Origin: Catajapyx aquilonaris
Taxonomy: Eukaryota
Direction: 5' to 3'
Assembly (NCBI GenBank): GCA_000934665.2
Contig: KZ538971.1
Span: 1-38,092, forward strand
Length of the DNA: 38,092 nt
The notes under the pieces are model-generated. The model was not told the origin of the DNA, searched no databases, and saw only the letters and a program-made list of their open reading frames with translations. Of this stretch, positions 37,221 to 38,092 are shown piece after piece. Positions within the stretch are counted from its first letter, which is position 1. Every line of letters starts with the position of its first letter. Made by a program: the position numbers and the translations under genes.

Positions 37221-38092
37221 TGTCAGGAACCCCACCTGTAGGGTCCCTGGCTCCGGACTAGCTCCCGGGTTCAATCAAACACGGACACCGGATGAGGTAT
37301 AAAATGGTATATCTGTATTTCTCCACAGGCCCGCCTGCACACTCGCAAGGCGGGGAAGGGAATATGAGGGAAGGAAAAGAGAAGAAGGGGCGAACCCCCT
37401 CCTCGTACATGGTTGCCACTTTTGCTGCCCACCACGTGGCGGAGTTGCCACGTGGTGTCGCAATTCCTCCCACCAAGTGAAGCATGAGCAGACACCTGCT
37501 CATGTCTCCATAAAACAAAGGAAAATGACCCTATTGAACACGACGATAAAACATGAAAAAAATGAAAAAAAAAGAATCCCTCCACCAAAACCCAATTGTC
37601 CACCACACTCCAACGTAACTGGCTTTTTCATTTTCAGTCAGTTTCCTCCAAGAGCACTTTCTCCTCCTCTGCCGACACCTCCATCTGCGTCGCAGCATCC
37701 GTGTCTCGTGCAGGCGGCATCGGCGTCACGTCTCCACTGATTGACTCCCGCAGCTGTAGCAGCTCCCGCTGCAATTGTAGAGCTTTCGCCGCAACAATGC
37801 CCACAGCCTCTCCGCTGTTGAGGGCCCCCGGTGCCACAGGGATGTTGAGCAACCGGAGGGTGGCCCTGGTCTCCTCCTCCGCCCGCTGCCTGGTCTCCGC
37901 CGCCATGACACCCTCCCTCCACCGCAGGTACGCACCCGCTCCCATGCGGTGGACCAGGGGCTCCTCCTCCCCCGCCGTGGCCAGCACGAAGGGCTGCCCG
38001 GCCTCATGCACCTCCTCGTCCAACGCCGGCCGATATGAAGTCCCCACTTGTACGGTGCCCAACTTCGGGTGGGGGGCCGGGGTGTCCTTACC
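37221..38092 (-). mobile_element. 3' end of an LTR retrotransposon (3' LTR from 37221 to ~37512-37575, polypurine tract ~37576-37587), truncated by the window edge
   Basis: Abrupt GC increase at 37221. The minus-strand end GGGGTTCCTGACA resembles the solo LTR end GGGTCCTGACA. It shares GCCA(C/T)GTGGTGG, a pyrimidine-rich R-like tract and an AATACA signal with that LTR. PPT-like TTTTGGTGGAGGGA upstream. The inner LTR boundary is uncertain. Confidence 0.65.
37634..38092 (-). CDS. C-terminal part (>=152 aa) of an ORF of unknown function inside the LTR element
   Basis: Frame open from the window edge (GKDTPAPHPKLGTVQ...) to the TGA at 37634; GC-rich; Ala/Glu-rich with coiled-coil-like ALQLQRELLQLRESI; no integrase or chromodomain motif recognised. 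Confidence 0.55.
   Translation of the reverse strand, partial: GKDTPAPHPKLGTVQVGTSYRPALDEEVHEAGQPFVLATAGEEEPLVHRMGAGAYLRWREGVMAAETRQRAEEETRATLRLLNIPVAPGALNSGEAVGIVAAKALQLQRELLQLRESISGDVTPMPPARDTDAATQMEVSAEEEKVLLEETD

Noticed and set aside
1..38092. CRISPR array, rRNA or prokaryotic operon/defence system
   Set aside because: No repeat-spacer array or rRNA-like sequence seen; the genes have spliceosomal introns, so the DNA is eukaryotic.

Overview
Eukaryotic animal genomic DNA, most likely arthropod (GT-AG introns mostly 60-95 bp, insect-like DAAM N-terminus). It holds three spliced genes. (1) The 5' end of a minus-strand gene resembling TTC27, running off the left edge. (2) A complete minus-strand stress-type bZIP transcription factor gene (~418 aa, C/EBP-like zipper, Xrp1/CHOP-like by inference) with a TATA promoter at ~9.7 kb. 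(3) A complete 18-coding-exon plus-strand formin DAAM gene (1097 aa, 24512-33817). The rest carries a solo LTR, a tRNA-derived SINE, piggyBac- and Tigger/mariner-type MITEs (one nested), foldback palindromes, and the 3' end of an LTR element with an unexplained ORF at the right edge. The most interesting signal is the regulatory layout of the bZIP gene. Its first coding exon has AUG-initiated ORFs in all three frames: an 87-aa strong-context uORF overlapping the main ORF out of frame, and a nested 26-aa weak-context uORF ending 14 nt before the main AUG. Its promoter has a perfect C/EBP-ATF element (ATTGCATCA) between the TATA box and the predicted start site, plus CRE, CCAAT, UPRE-like, D-box and AP-1 sites. 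Together these suggest an integrated-stress-response module that may also encode an undescribed microprotein. All family assignments are from reading motifs by eye; no searches were run.
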